Shown here: one piece after another, positions 12,951-26,810 of the stretch
Layout: every line of letters begins with the position of its first letter
Position numbering within the stretch: position 1 is the first letter of the stretch
Origin: Anthoceros angustus
Lineage: Eukaryota; Plantae; Anthocerotophyta
NCBI GenBank assembly: GCA_010909165.1
Contig: MU008166.1
Coordinates: 620,001 to 684,000 of the forward strand
Direction: 5' to 3'
DNA: 64,000 bases
Made by a program: the position numbers and the translations under genes
The notes under the pieces: generated by a model
What the model was told of the DNA's origin: nothing
The model's database searches: none
The model's input: the letters and a program-made list of their open reading frames with translations, nothing else

Positions 12951-14089
12951 CCGGTGACCACGAGACACGTTTCGTGTCGTCACCCTTGTGAGGCACCTCG
13001 GTGCAAGCGGTGTGCATCGTGGATAGCGTGGGTGTGAAATGAATATGTGTCATCCGGTCATTACAAAGCGTGCACTTGGGGTGTGCCATGATCCTAGGCC
13101 ATCCATCTGCTTGCACCATTGTCAAGGTTTATACATTACTTGTTCGATGTCTGTGATTGTACATTGTTAATTATGCTTACCTCACGAAAACCCGCTACTC
13201 ACGTCCATGGGCGACACCACCGCCAAAGGTCGCCATGGCGAGACGGGCTTTCGTGTGTGGCGTCAATGCACACCTGCCACGCCGCCTGAGCAGACGGTCG
13301 ATATCGCAGATTCTCCCAGCGTAAACCGATGTTCCGGAGGCACGGTTGCGTGTAGAAATCGGCTCTTCTCCGAGATTTGCTTTAACTACGAACTCACGGT
13401 CTTGTGAAAAGCTCCAGCTCTTGCTTAAGTCTCCTCCCTGCGGTTTGAGGCCTACCGTGAACCCCATCACTCCCCTCCACCCCTCCCCACCCAGCGTCTC
13501 CACCGTTCCTCTCCTCCCCACCCCGCCCCCCCCTTGGCGGGGCACGGTATGCGAGCCCTCGTCCCTAGTGTCCACAGCGGATGTGCGAGGCGGATCTGAC
13601 TTCCGCGTTCCTACATCTTGAATGGGTTGGGCATCTCGGCTTGCACTTTGGACACCTCCACGGCTGTCGATGGCCGTCGAGGACCCGGTGGCTGTGTGCG
13701 TGTGTGTATCCTCGCCCTTTTTGGAACCCCGTTCCAATGGCCAAGTGGAAGCCTCCCAACGCCTTGGGTTCGTGTCTCGACCACCCGGCCGGATCTCGGG
13801 GCCGTGGGGTTGGTGTGTGTGTGCGTCCATGACCAGTGCGGCCCAAGGTGTCGGCACGATTCACCCTTTTCACTCATTGCGTTCAATAGTTTTTGGTTCA
13901 CGCATGCGGCCGCCTTTTCCTTCCGTGCTCAACTATCTTCTTCCAACATTGCGGTGTGTGCGGAGGTTGTGGGCTCCTATAGATAGGCACCGAGTATGGC
14001 TATGAAGGATTGGACGGCGGGCCATGTCACGATGGCCATCAGGGCGATGGACGGAAGGTTGCTCTCCGTCCATTGCCCGAAGGGACGGA

Positions 14090-14600
14090 AGGTTGCTCTC
14101 GTCTGCCATCAAGGACTGGTATGCACGGTCCTCGCTCCCACAGGCTGTCTCTTCATAGGTACATCTTTGGTGGAGGGAGGAGGTGTACACCTCGGAGGTC
14201 GAGGTCGAGTGCGGCGATGTAGCGCCCGGAATGTCCTTTCCGGCAACTAGAATCTGTACACTTGGTGTGGGCTGGAAATAATAAAGCAGGCGCTGTGAGG
14301 TGGTTGGCGGAATGGAGGGTATGGGTGGTGCCTCCATGCAGGCGGACACCACAGCAACCCGGCGTCCGCGACATTTCCGTGTTACGTGGGTCATGATTGC
14401 CTTCAATTTATTGTGCCTTGGTGAGGATGGACATGAATTAAACAAAGGCTACTAATTCCGCACCTATTGCCCAAAACGTAAGGTCACCGCTCTAAAAGGG
14501 CAGTGCGGAATGTGTCGCGATGCGACACATGGACCCGTTAGGAAAGGAAGGAGTTCATATCCGCAGCCGAAAGAAAGGGCGAAGGTCCAAAGGAAGGCGA
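14090..14600 (-). pseudogene. Possible Ulp1/C48-like cysteine protease remnant
   Basis: Read across frameshifts: LLPF...H..FRAVTL...AFVFNS...VPMKRQPVG(S)ED(C)AYQSL, resembling H / D-S / Q...C ordering; the Cys needs an indel correction. Confidence 0.3.
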
Positions 14601-15714
14601 AGGCCAAGGGAGCCGCGAGGCGATGCGTCGAGGCCATCGTCCAGTGAGGCGAAGGAAGGAAATCGAGGCGTGGTTGAATGCGCGGATGCGGGGCTCTCTG
14701 CTCAAGCGGGCACCCCTCAGGCGAGGGGACTCCACTTGGGAAGAAGAGGCACACGGAGACCAGGCTGAAATTCTTGCAAAGGCTGCACGAAGTCGGAGAT
14801 GTTGTGCGATCTAAGTCGTCTGTTTTGGGCAGAATGAAGCTGCAGATGTGGAGGGTTCACATCGGATGCCATACTGTGGATGAAGATCCATTGAGCATGG
14901 ACACAGAGGGAGGACGGGCGGCATGGGACGCGATTTGCAGCCATTGGGTGCGGTGGTTTTGGGCTTGTTTTCGCGCTTGGGAGCTCTCTGAGATTTCGAG
15001 AGCATGAGCTCCACGCTTTCCCGTAGACAAAGTGCGATAAAGGAGGTTATGCACACTAGCGATGGTGGCTGCACGAAATGTTTTGCCTTTCACCGCATTC
15101 TTGACACAAGGCATGACACCGTCAATGTCGTGGCGGTCGCCAAACATATGACATTGAATGTTGCACGAGTGGAGTCACCCACGGCGGGCGAACCGTTCCG
15201 ACCGTTGTCCCCAACCTCGATATCGACCGTCATCCCTTTCTATCCATCGTTCGCCCCAGGCGGGTGGGTGTGGCGTGACGGCCAGGCGTCCATCCGGAAG
15301 ACATCTCGTGTTGAACTCGTCTTCCACGGCACTCTGCGGGGCTGACGGTAATCAAACACGGACCCACAAGTCCGTTCCATGCCACTCGATGGCTCGGGGT
15401 CGGTCTGGCGGTGGCATTTGGCGTCGAGACATCTTGGTGATGTCTCGCGCTTGATCAGTGAGAACACCATAGGGTCTTGTCGGAGGCTTCCATTGTCGAC
15501 ACGCCATATGCGGATGCTTTAGCTCTGCGGCGCATCTCGGGCTCCTGTTCCCAGGCAGGTCGGTCGTGAGTCCGGTCACGCGTCCATGGTGAAGCATTTC
15601 TTACGCGGCGAGACTTCTTTTGTTCGAATGGGCTTATTTGTTTGAAGTCGCGGAAGCGCTTCCATTTTGAAGTTCTTCCTCCCTTGATTCTTCTTCGCGT
15701 CATCCACAGTCACG

Positions 15715-16376
15715 GTGGGAGAATGCCACGAATCTGATCGTGTGTACAGCCCTTGCCGAGAGTGCGTCACGGTCGCGGGGCCGTATTCGACTCACGTCTC
15801 GAGTTCATTGCCTTCGCCAAGTAATGCAAGCGGCGGTGATGCGGACCATTGTGACCTTCGATCTGCTCCATATGGTTCAATTGTTGTGGTTAATGGCGGC
15901 CGCCCATGCAATAATTGCGGGGCGATGGGCATGGGCAGCCGTATGGTGGGCACCATGCATCCGCCGGACACGGTGTCACATATGTCCAGGGCACCGTCAG
16001 CAGTGGCGATGCTAAGTGATAGCGGAATTAGACAATTCGGAAGAGGCGGATGGTGAGACTTGCCCACCGGGTACCACGGTGGATGAGTTGTTGGCGACCG
16101 ACCACAGGCGGAGCAGGAGAAGCGATGCGGCTGCGTCTTGGCGGCGGTGAAACGCCCTTATCGACATCCCGAAGATGGTTGAAGGAGCGGGCTAAGCGCC
16201 ACACTCTTATTATTGTCTTGGCAATCAATGTATGACATCGATGGCGTCATCATGGCGGGACTTTTCTTGACTAATTACCCGATATTACGCCACCAGATAC
16301 GCCCAAAGACATGTACGAGGCCAAGGCACTTTTTACATGTTTGGGCCAAAGTGAGAAAATCCACTAGAGAGGGATG
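15715..16376 (+). pseudogene. 5' part of the outer CACTA transposase (TnpD/Tnp2-like)
   Basis: RVYSPCREC (transposase-associated zinc motif), then ...PKDMYEAK...KIH...G-C cut off at the nested CACTA terminus. Confidence 0.65.
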
Positions 16377-18399
16377 CACTACTACAAAATGGCGGTTATG
16401 GCGGAATTAAAGACATGGGAGAGATGATTCAGGTGGGAAAATGACAGCTACATTTGCCGAGCAATTCGTGATATGGTAGTCATTGAAATCGTGCTCGATT
16501 TGAATGGCGATCTCAACGTGCTTACATCTGCCGATTCACGTTTTGAGTTCCGTTAGTTGGACCACTCTCTCACTTGCGTGCAATGGTAGATAATTTCAGG
16601 GGTTGCGGTCGGATGGGGCGTTGTCGGTGATGATGAAATGGGCCGTCGTCGCCCCCCTCCCACGGCACCCACCTCCTCCATCCGTCCGCCTTGTGTGGTC
16701 CCCCTTGCGGGAGGCGCCCGTGGACAAGAGCCGGCACAGCCAGGTGTTTGGCATCTTGCTGTGGTCGGTCAACCTTTGACTGGGTGAAGCGTAGCCGCTC
16801 TGGTCAGGTCATCATGTTCAGTGTCATGCTTCTGGCGCACTTGTCCATTTCCACGCTGGCAGCCAGATACGTGTGGGAAATGGGTTCCATCAAATAAAAA
16901 ACATTCAGAATCGGATTTGGCTGATGCGAGGTTGTTGCAACAAGCGAGATTACCCAGCGCAAACTTAGCATACCTCCAGACTACATCTAAACGGTGTTAC
17001 AATTATTTGTTAGGAACCACATAAGATAACCCGATCCAATTAAGGTAATACAATGACCTCCAAAAGTCGGAAGAAACCCTCTCCGGTAGGACCTCACATA
17101 TCGTCTCGAACACCTTGGGTGGCGACTACGCCATCCGTAAACCCTCCCACCCTCCCATGACATTTCAATCTGATCATGCTTCCAGGCGCGCCTCCAAAAT
17201 GTCCTTAGTTACGCCTTCATCTTCCGCTGGCCTTCCTTGCGTGTGCATTCCTTTCGTTTCTTGAAGGCAATCGAGTTCCGCCTAGCGGCCGCCCGCCATC
17301 CCATGCCCCTACAAGTTCCTCTGCTTCTCCAGACCGCAAGGCCTGCCTGGTTATCCTGCGGGTGGGAGTGCCAATGACATCCTGCGTTTCATGGACAATG
17401 TCCACGGCCGAGATTCAAGTTGGGCGTTGTCCGGAGTCCGTCCAGATCCTTTGCCCGCGGCCACTTTCTCTCCTCCTCAGCTTATTCGCCTCGCATTATC
17501 GTGAGCCACCGACATCCCGCTGCCGTTTCTTCGAGCATCGCTTGCTTGCACACCAGAGCAAGAAGCCAGAATCGCCAGCACACCCGCACACCATCGACAC
17601 ATGCCAAATCAACAATACACACTAGCACCCTCCGGTGATTCCTTGGTGGCACACTAAAAACCATGTCCCACCGGGTCGATCTATCAGGCCTTTCAACGAC
17701 CTTAGCTTGGAGGAGCACCGAAAATATACCTGCCCTCCGAGCGCTCCCATCCGTTTCCAGGGCGCCCCCTCCTACAAACGAGTACACACCACCCGCTTAG
17801 TTCCCCTTTCCATATTCATGCAATGCATGGTACAAAGCATGACGGGTGGAGTGTACATCGTATATTCGATGACACCAGACACAACAATGTCGTCGACACG
17901 GTAGAAAGCCCGTGCACATTGGGACCTTGCATTATCATCTCAATGGCAAAATACAGGTGCATTCCTTACCTCTATGACTCACCACCGCTGCAAGAGCACC
18001 ACCCCCACCATCCCGGCCATTGTTGCAGTTCCGTTGTCGGTGAAGCGAGAGAACCACCAAAGCCCACACTTTCCAGCAGTCCTCCCCGAGTTGGATACCG
18101 TGGGCACTTACCTATTGTTCCTCCCTCTCCGTTTGATGGAGCTCCTATTTCCACTGCAATATGATGCCAGTGCAAGGGTTAGTCCATGAGTCCATGTGTC
18201 ACAACGAAACTCTCACCAGGTGTTTCCAGTCACCACTATTCTCGCATCTTGAAGGACAGTCTGCGACATGTGTACCTGTTGCTCCCTCGCTTCCACCTCC
18301 AGCCGATTGTCCTGTAACTAAAAATCAGGAAACGTTTAGGTTAGCCAGAATGGTATATCGCGCACACCACATCACGACATGACCCAGCTGGAAGCACAA

Positions 18400-19100
18400 C
18401 TAACAAAGATTTTCCTCACGTCGCCTCCCTCCGTTGGCAGCCCAGTATACGGGCATCCTGTCCAGACCGTGCTTCGCAGCCCACTGCACCTCCAAGACGG
18501 ATGGTTCTTGGCCATACATGTCCTCGAATCGGCGTCTAAAGTCCTGTCCACCGCCCCGACCAAATGGATTTGTCCCGGCTGTCCCATGTTTGTCCTTCCT
18601 TGCCTCCACTGCAGTCATCTGCGGACATCTTGGCCAGCTCCCATGCCCGCCTCGTATTGCGTGACTCCCCACTCGATTGTTGTCCACCACACTTCAGGAG
18701 TCACTGAGTCAGGGCGTAGCCGCGCAACTGGTGTCCTCTTCCCCAACGTCCTAAGAATCCGTGCCCCCTTCTTCACCCTTTGCAAGTGGTTGTAGCACCT
18801 AGCCCGTGTGCAATTGGAGAACTTTGTGCGGATGACTTCCTTGTTTGTGATCGACGGGTACTCCTCGGCCACCTTGTCCACCAGGTCTAGTCGAAGCGCG
18901 ATGTCATGCATCGTCCAGCACTTCAGAAACTGTAGCTTTGAGGCCACCGCCTCGGATTCTTTTTCGGATGGCTTCTCCGCCTCAAAGACGCTAGCGGACA
19001 TGTCTGCCCAACCTTAGCGGCCTCATCATACAGCTTGCTTGCCAACGTCGATATCCTCTGATGCCCATGGACCTTGATGAGTTTGCGGATCACATCGTGC
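18400..19100 (-). pseudogene. TnpA/ORF2-like protein of the inner CACTA element
   Basis: W...LRLDLVDKVAEEYPSI...KFSNCTRAR...RPDSVTPEVWWTTIEW, then DFRRRFEDMYGQEP. Confidence 0.55.
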
Positions 19101-21679
19101 AGGCCTCGATGAGCTCGATAACACCGCAAAGCAAAGAACCTCGATTCTCCTTGGGAGCCCTGCTCATGACCGTCACGCATGGAAGTCATGCGGTCACGCT
19201 GCCGCCATCTTCCCCGCATGTCCAGGTGATGTCATCCTCGTTTTCCGACCACTGGCCTCTTCTCGCCTGCGCATTGTTGCTAGCCCATCCGGCGAATCCA
19301 GCCAGTGCCCACCCGCAGCCATTACTTCCTCTTCCGGCCTTGCTTCCGATATGCCGGTGGCTACGGCAGATTCCACTTCCCTCGGAGTCGGCGTCTCTGT
19401 TCCAGGCCACCTAGCCCCTTCCGCCAGCACGGGAACCCGCCGAGGTGTGGGCTGATGGTAACACCACACAGTGACCAGACAAGGAGTTGTGAGCAGCAAG
19501 CGCTTACCTTGTTTGAAATTCGGAAGTGCATGTCCAGCGGGGGCATGCGCTGGCAGGGTGAGCAGAAGGGGGAGGGGGAGCGGGAGGCGCACGGAGGAGG
19601 GAAAGGGCAGGGGATGGGATGACGCGAGCGGAGCCGTACGCCTGCGCCTGCAGGTGTTGCTTATGGTCCCGCTCTGCCTCGAGTTCCCATGCCGGGATGT
19701 GGCATGGCGCCTCCGGGCTTCCCACAATCCGCACCGAGCTCAAGTCTACATAGAACTCATGCGTGGGCGGATCGGGAGGAGGCTTGGCTGCCTCCACCTC
19801 GGTCGACTGCGGCAGGCCGACATCCCCAGCCCTCCAAGGTGGAGGTCCGGGATGACGCTGCAGCGGACGGGGGCCTCTCGGTCTTCCACCTTCATCACCC
19901 GCACTGCCTCAAAGATCCCAGACGGGTCCTTGGCGGCCTGCGCCAACGCCCCTCGGCAAACCCTTCCATCCAACCCACGCGCTCTGGCGACTCCCCATCT
20001 TCCAAGCTCTTTGAGATGGCGCGTGTATTTGAGTTGCAGCCAACCTCACGACTCGCTGAGGCTAGAGCAAATCCGGGGCCGCCATGTGTGCTTGCTGACG
20101 GCAACTGCTCACGGACATCCTGCCTCCTCCATGTCGGGACCCGGCGTCTGCCACCTGGTGTTGATAACGCCCGACGGCGCTCTGCTGCAGACGCTCGCCT
20201 CATGAGCATCACCAACTGTGCCCAGCCGAGGCGGATTGCTTTCGCCAGATCCTCATCCATGCATGCCTCAGTTGCATTCAAACGGTCTGGCTGCGGGCAT
20301 GCCACCATGCTGAGGGCGATGGCCGCAGATAGCTCATCCGGGTCCGCATCCATGGGCCTTCCCTGCAAGGCGAGTGGAGGGCGAAAGCCTAACATAGCGC
20401 TCTCGAGAGCAGCCGCGGTCACAAACGCCATAAGGAGGAGAACTTCGAAGGCGTCGGTGCGAGAAGGCGGTGTCCAAATGGGAAGGAGCCCGCGTTTTGG
20501 GCATGCAGACAGGGGAATGGCCGGTTTGGGCCGACAAAATGATGGCCCACATCCCATAAATGGTTGGAGTAATTGCCGCCTACCATGTACTCTGAACATT
20601 CATGTCGAGCAATCGATTCCGTAGGATGCTGAGTCCTCCACTACCCGCCCTTCCGAACACTAAACACATTCCTACTTCCACTTCCACTACATGGGCCCGA
20701 GATGGTCACCTCGGACACCTTATCAAGGCAATACAATATGTGTGTACATGTTGAGGAACACAGTCCATGCAACCCAGACGCCGGACCAGACCATGGAGTC
20801 CGGCACACTGCGTAATCACAGCATCCAACTTCCCGCCCACTCCATGACCTCCTTCCGTGGTGCCTAGTTGGGAGGACGCGAAGAACAGTTTCCGCCGCAC
20901 CACCGCCATGTGGTTACGTGGTTGTGTAAGAGTCGGAGGTGGGTGTTGGTGGGGCGCCCGCGCTTGCAAAATCGGTATGGGTGCTTGCGAATCCATATGC
21001 CAATTTGAGATATGGATTGCCTGCCGCATCTTCAGACGCGCCCTGGTTGTGCGGGAGGCCCCGGTGTGTGACCTTCCAGAAGTTTCGTGCCCACCGAAAG
21101 CGATTTCCCACGATGGCACGCCCATTCCACGAGCTTTCAAAATACGTCGTGAGGCCGCCATCATGTCGGTGTCCGGACCATGGCATTTACAAGTGTCTAC
21201 TACCACGACCCACTGGTGCATGCGTCACGGGCATCACGCCGTAATTTGTTGATCGCCTGCCCGGAAGGCCGAAAAGTGCTATGCGGCACGGGTCAAGTTT
21301 ACATCCGTAGTCCGCATGGATACGCGGACCTTCGCGCGAACTACAATGCCACATTCGGGTCGCGCAGTAATCAAATTCCGCACATTCTACTTGGAATGTG
21401 AACCATGCGATTAATCAAGAACTACCAATGCGCCTCTTTCACACAAAGCAACAACAGCGCCTTCGCGCCAAAACTCCTCCCATTAAGTCCCATGTATACG
21501 TGGAAGGCTTCCTGTCACACCCAAGCTCCTTCGCATCGAGAATATAAACCCCGCACCCGCCCACCTCCCATTTTCAATTCCACTGCGCCTTTGCGGTTAT
21601 AGCCCTGCTCATTCTCTAGCTGAAATCATTCTTCGCAGCGCCTTTTGTGGGATGGAGAGCCGAGATGTTATTGTATCGA

Positions 21680-22964
21680 ATGACCGGTCTTCCGGCCATT
21701 CAAGCGAGAGTGAACCTAGTTCCTCGCCGGCTCCATTACGGACTCGCCTCCGATTCGGGTTCTCGACCCGAAAACCTTATCGCCTTCAACTTCACCCTTC
21801 TCGCCTCTCGATTCACAACTTGCGCAGAGGCCCCCAATCTCAGCTAGTCTGGAGGGCTCCGAGGTGTGGGCTATGAGCAAGCGACGTGTGCAATGCTGAA
21901 TGCCCGTCTTCCTGCGGCTCCGGTCTGGCAGTGGGATCACGCCGTGCCCAACTCTCTCCTGCGGGGACTACGCCATTGCCCTTGCGTTTCGCATCGGAGA
22001 AGTTGAACCACTTGGACTATGGGCCCCCGGTCCCGGCAAGTGGTGCATTCAGCTTGTGGAGCCCTGTGGATTGTTCACCTCGGAGAAATACAATTGGTTC
22101 ACACGACTTTCGACGAACGATGCTGGCCCATGGAATCTGCGGACGAAGGACAAGTGGCAAATTCCCAAGCCTTGGTACGGTGTGATCCGAGTGGGCCGGG
22201 CATGTTAGAACGTGCCAAAGAAATTGGGGACTACGTTGTCGACATTCTGGGAGAGATGAAAAAGCGGGAGGAACCCGTGAAGTTTGCGACACTGGTGGAG
22301 GTGGGGACTCCAGCAACCCATGTGGCCTTCAATTGCCGATTCGGAGCCCACCGGCTGGACATCTGGGTCCAGGAGCTGAACCCATGTTTTGTTGAGGAGA
22401 AGGAGGTGCTGCCGAAGCCTATCACTGGCCAGAACAACTTGAAAGCGGACATCGAGAGCGAGCTGCGGTGGCTGAAGTGGAGCGAGCATGGCGGGAGGAT
22501 GCTTCAGCGGACTGTTGGTCCAAGGTGGGATGAAGAAAGGCTTACGTTGTGGACGGGTCCTCAGGCCGGCTTGAAGAACTTGCTTGCTGCCGCGTGCAAG
22601 GGTGATGGGAAGTTGGCAAAAGAAGTCAATTGACAAGCGGTGCGTGGGTTTTGCCCACAAGCTCCATTTTGTCTACAACCATGTTGAACATTTCCAAGGC
22701 ACATCGATTTCCGTCAACGATGAAGGCATCTACCACATCCTAGAAGCCCGTGATCTAATTGTCAAATGTTGCCACCGCGGCCGGGAAGGAAGGGTCATGC
22801 TCGGTGGTCGGAGCGGTCTTTGCTTTCATGTTTTCCCCACGACCGGCACGCCATTGGAAGTTGATGTGCGTGATGCTCATGTTCGGATTACCTTTTTGGC
22901 TAGCGAAGCCCCAACGCCTTGGTGTATGCAGGATGTTTCAAGATGGCCTCGGCCACCGCTTTAG
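21680..22964 (+). CDS. Uncharacterised cargo ORF of the inner CACTA element (frameshifted, ~400 aa if joined)
   Basis: Overlapping ORFs 21647-21847, 21900-22208, 22019-22633 and 22584-22964 with globular-like composition; TATA-like TATAAA at ~21544; convergent with the transposase. Confidence 0.4.
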
Positions 22965-23185
22965 ACATTTGTGTTAGAAGCCCTTTGTCAGCAATTTGGG
23001 ACCGCAAGCCTCTCACAAGGCTGTTGTGTTTTGTTTGTAGCCCTTTGCTGGGCAGTTTTGTCTAATGGCTTCAAGCCCACCTTGGCCCGCTTTTGCCTCT
23101 TGGTCTCGCCCGAACATTGAACATCCGCCGGACAATCGGTGAACACCGCACATACACACGAGCTTGTGACCCTCGAACCCACTTC

Positions 23186-26100
23186 CTACCCACCGCGAAC
23201 CCGAGCCCTCACCATCATAAGGGCACGCACTCCCGCCTCTACTAAGAAGAGGAGCCCTCCTCTTTCTCTAGTAGTGAATCCCACCGAGATGGGATAGAGT
23301 GCAAATGTACCACCCCGCGCCTGTTCCACATCGGGGTGTGCGAAAGCCTGTTGGATGTGCCGGGCAAATGTGAAGGGCCCCTGCTTTGTGGTCCGTCGAT
23401 ACCTATACACGCGCCTTGTGTCCACTGCCGTGAAACCGCTAATGTCTGGTGCCATGGAGACATGGATTGCGAAGTGTCACGTAAACCACTTGATGAGGAG
23501 GACGAAGCACCGAGGTCGGCACCCTCGAAGGACACGTCTAGGATTTGCTCCACTTGCCCATAAAACTGGACTGGCTGGTCTTCCATGTCAAACGTGCCAA
23601 ACACCCAACTGTCCTGGGTAGAACGGCGGTGTTGATCACCTGCGATGGTGCGGTAGTGGTATCCCATTGTCTCCAATCCCCGGAAACACTTCACCTTCTG
23701 GCGCGGACCGTTCACAAAAGCTCTGATCTCGGTGTAGTCCACACTGGACGCCCATCGGTTTGTTTGCAGACCAGCCTCCAACCAAGTGAGGTAGGTGGAT
23801 GGATTCCGGCCCTCTGCCTCGAACTCACCACGGATTGCTTGCAGTGCTTCAGAGTGCAAAATGAAATGCCGGCACGACGCCGCTCAAGGCCGTAGAGTCT
23901 GGTCTTTGCTTTCCGATAGGGCGCTCATCCGAACGCGGTATTGAGGTTTGGTGGAACAAATGGGCTTGGGCGGGGTTCCCGCCGCCAGTAGTCCGTCGTA
24001 GAACATGCTCTCCGTTGCAAGGTAACCTGTGGCCATGCTCCCTTCCGGCCTTGCTCGTTGCCTGATTGATTGCTTCAGAAACCCTATATGGCATTCAATC
24101 GGGTACATCCAGCGGACATGGACAGTGCCATGCGAGGCCACTTCATCAATCAAATGTATAAACAAGTGCTGCATTGGGTTCCAAAGCACTGACGGGTAAC
24201 ACCGCTCCAATGCCACCATTGTGTTCACAACTTTTGCTCGCATCGCCGGAAGGTCATCTGGGTGTATTGCCTTCTGGCAAATCCACCTGTAAATGGAGGA
24301 AACCTCAATGAAGGACTCGTATTCAGGCCCTGTAAGCCGATGCCGCAATGCAATGGGGAAATAGTATTGCATCAACAGATGCCAGTCGTGACTTTTCAAA
24401 CCCGTGACTTTTGCACCACCAAAACAAGTTGCAAGGTTGGAGCCAAAAGTAGTTGGTGGCCTCATTTTGCATAACTCTGTTTTAACGGCCTGGATGTCCT
24501 CCTTGGACAATGCATAGGACGCTGCGGGCAGATGCGCCTCTTATCACAACGGGCCACAACCGTGGTTTGGAGTCCAAATCCATGAGGTCAATTCTTGCAT
24601 TGTGCGTGTCCCATCGCTGCTCCATACATGCCGAGAACGCTGCGCTTGTTCACCTCCGTGTGCATCACGTCTTTGACCCGAGCTTGAATTGCCGGCGTGT
24701 AAGGCGCTTTTTCAATGAAACCGACATGCGTTTCACACCCTGCACTAGGGTTCGCCGTGCAGACACCGGTGGTGCCCTCTGCCAGCGTCATCTCGTCCAC
24801 AATATCCTCGCACGGTGCGAGAAGGCGGCGGACGGAGCTCTACCGCATTGTCAAAAATTCACGGCCATAGGCTCGCCTCCTGTCATCCAACGAAGGGCAC
24901 CATCGTCGGTGACCATCGCACAACACCTTGTCCAAGGCATTGGACCACCTGGCTTCCAATAACCCACCGCAATCAACACAACACCGGTAGCCTCTGACCT
25001 GCAATCCGAACAGAGCTCCAAGACCAGGGTAATCGCAAGTGGCATGTAGCAGGCCAGCACGTAGCATGAACCAGTGACCTGGGTCGGACAATGGTTTTGA
25101 GTGATCGGCTACAGGAACACCTTCCCACAACATGGCCAGCTCTTCTAATAATGGTTGCAAGTATACATCAACATTCTTTACCTGTTTCGGCCCGGGGATG
25201 ATAATGGGCATTAGTATCCTCTGCCTCTTTGTTGTAAGCCATGGGGGGGGATTATGAATCAACAGAAGCAGTGCCGATGGAATAGGAAGCAGGCCGGTTC
25301 CCATTGGGATTAAAGCCATCAGTGGAAATCCCAAACCGGATATTGCGATCTTCAAGGCCAAAATCACTCACCGAATCCAAAGCCTGCCAAGCGGGTGTGT
25401 CCGCCATGATTCGCAGCTTCCCATCAGTGCTCCTATGGTCCTTCCACCAAGTCAGCTCACTCGCAGTGGCAGGACAAGCAAACATTCTCCGGCTACTGGG
25501 TGGGAAGTAAAACATGGTCGGAACAGCTTGACCAGCCGCTCTAGTTCGGAATCTTGGCTCGCCACAGGTGGCAAGCTTCTGTGATGTAGTAGGACCCCAA
25601 AACAAGCAACAGTCCCCAACGCAAGCATCAATCCAAGCGCTTCCCTGCCCCACATGTAACAACATCTTCCGCACATCCGCCCTAGACTCCGGCATGGTGT
25701 TCTTCACGGGCAAGATTGATGTGGACATAAGCTCAAAAATAGCGGACATTGCTGAGTTGGAAATCTTGAAACGCTCCTGTATGTTGAGGAAGGCTAGAGC
25801 CCGAGTCGTGTGTGCCGGATACTGCCGCAGTGATTGTCCAGAGGTTTCTCGGCCTCACTGTAAGGGATTTTGCCTCTTGCGAGCATTGCGAAACAAAGGC
25901 TTCCATGGCCGGACAAATGCGTGGCTTGATGTTTCCGCCTCCCCACCGGGCCTCAAGCGGTCCGCCCGCCCACCACCACCACCACCGCCAGGACGCGCAG
26001 CTGGTTGAAATCCACGGAGTTCCGGCCACTTTCCACTGTAGCTGCCGGCAGCAATCTCTGCAGGTGGCAAACCATCCGCCTCCGTGCCTCCACGCAATGG

Positions 26101-26342
26101 GACATTGGCATCTTCCAGATCGCCCACATCTCGCTACCGTCAAGCAAAATTGTCAACCAGAGGTATGCAGCCTTCGCAGGACCAGCCACCAAAAATGCAT
26201 GCCTTACCTCCGCAAGGAGCCGAGCCCAGGTGCGCTGATGGCGAGCTGCAATGTCGGCACGAACAGGTGGTGACCGACCTTCACAACCCGGGCAATTGCA
26301 AATAACGCGCGGAATCTGCTTGTTTGCGTGAGGAGGATCCAT
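23186..26342 (-). pseudogene. CACTA transposase (TnpD/Tnp2: Transposase_21-, DUF4218- and DUF4216-like regions) of the inner element, frameshifted
   Basis: RVICNCPGC; IDACVGDCCLF; RNIRFGISTDGFNP; IIPGPKQVKNVDVYLQPLLEEL; CDYPG; DVMHTEVN; GLKSHDWHLLMQ; RWMYPIE...RARPEGSMATGY; FYGQVEQIL. Confidence 0.95.
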
Positions 26343-26810
26343 CAGTCAGGAAAAGCAGTGGCTAGCCATGACAGCAATCGCGTGGCAGCCTCCCCTTATC
26401 TGCCGACGTAACCGGGCACAATGGAGACGTTGAAACGGCATCACAATCTGTCCCCTCTCACCAACGGCCACCCGTCCTTTCAGCCGCAACGGGGCCTCCC
26501 TGTACGGACGCCACCCCAAACCCGTTCCTTGCAACGGCACATTCTGGACAACGTTGGGCTTTCCATTGCAAGGCAACGGTCAACTGAGAACCCACTTGCT
26601 TGACCATGATAATCATCAACCCAACAAAGGTTTAAGCAGCATGTGCACACGAGGATAAGACAAAACCCGGCATCGTCATAACCAACGCACAATGCCTACC
26701 CGGAAAATTGTCATGCACCACATTCTTTGTCTATCTTTTATGACGGACAGTGCGGAAACGAGACCTTGTCATATCCCTCTTGTCATAAATCCGCTCATTT
26801 TGTAGTAGTG

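Larger units (their letters stand above)
16377..26810 (-). mobile_element. Nested canonical CACTA element, 10.4 kb
   Basis: Starts CACTACTACAAAATGGCGG at 16377; ends CCGCTCATTTTGTAGTAGTG at 26810; flanks ATG/GTG (imperfect 3-bp TSD); has its own minus-strand transposase. Confidence 0.9.

Noticed and set aside
19471-20624. 244-aa and 311-aa plus-strand ORFs
   Set aside because: Arg/Pro/Ala-biased with no motifs; the minus strand has the more credible signal.
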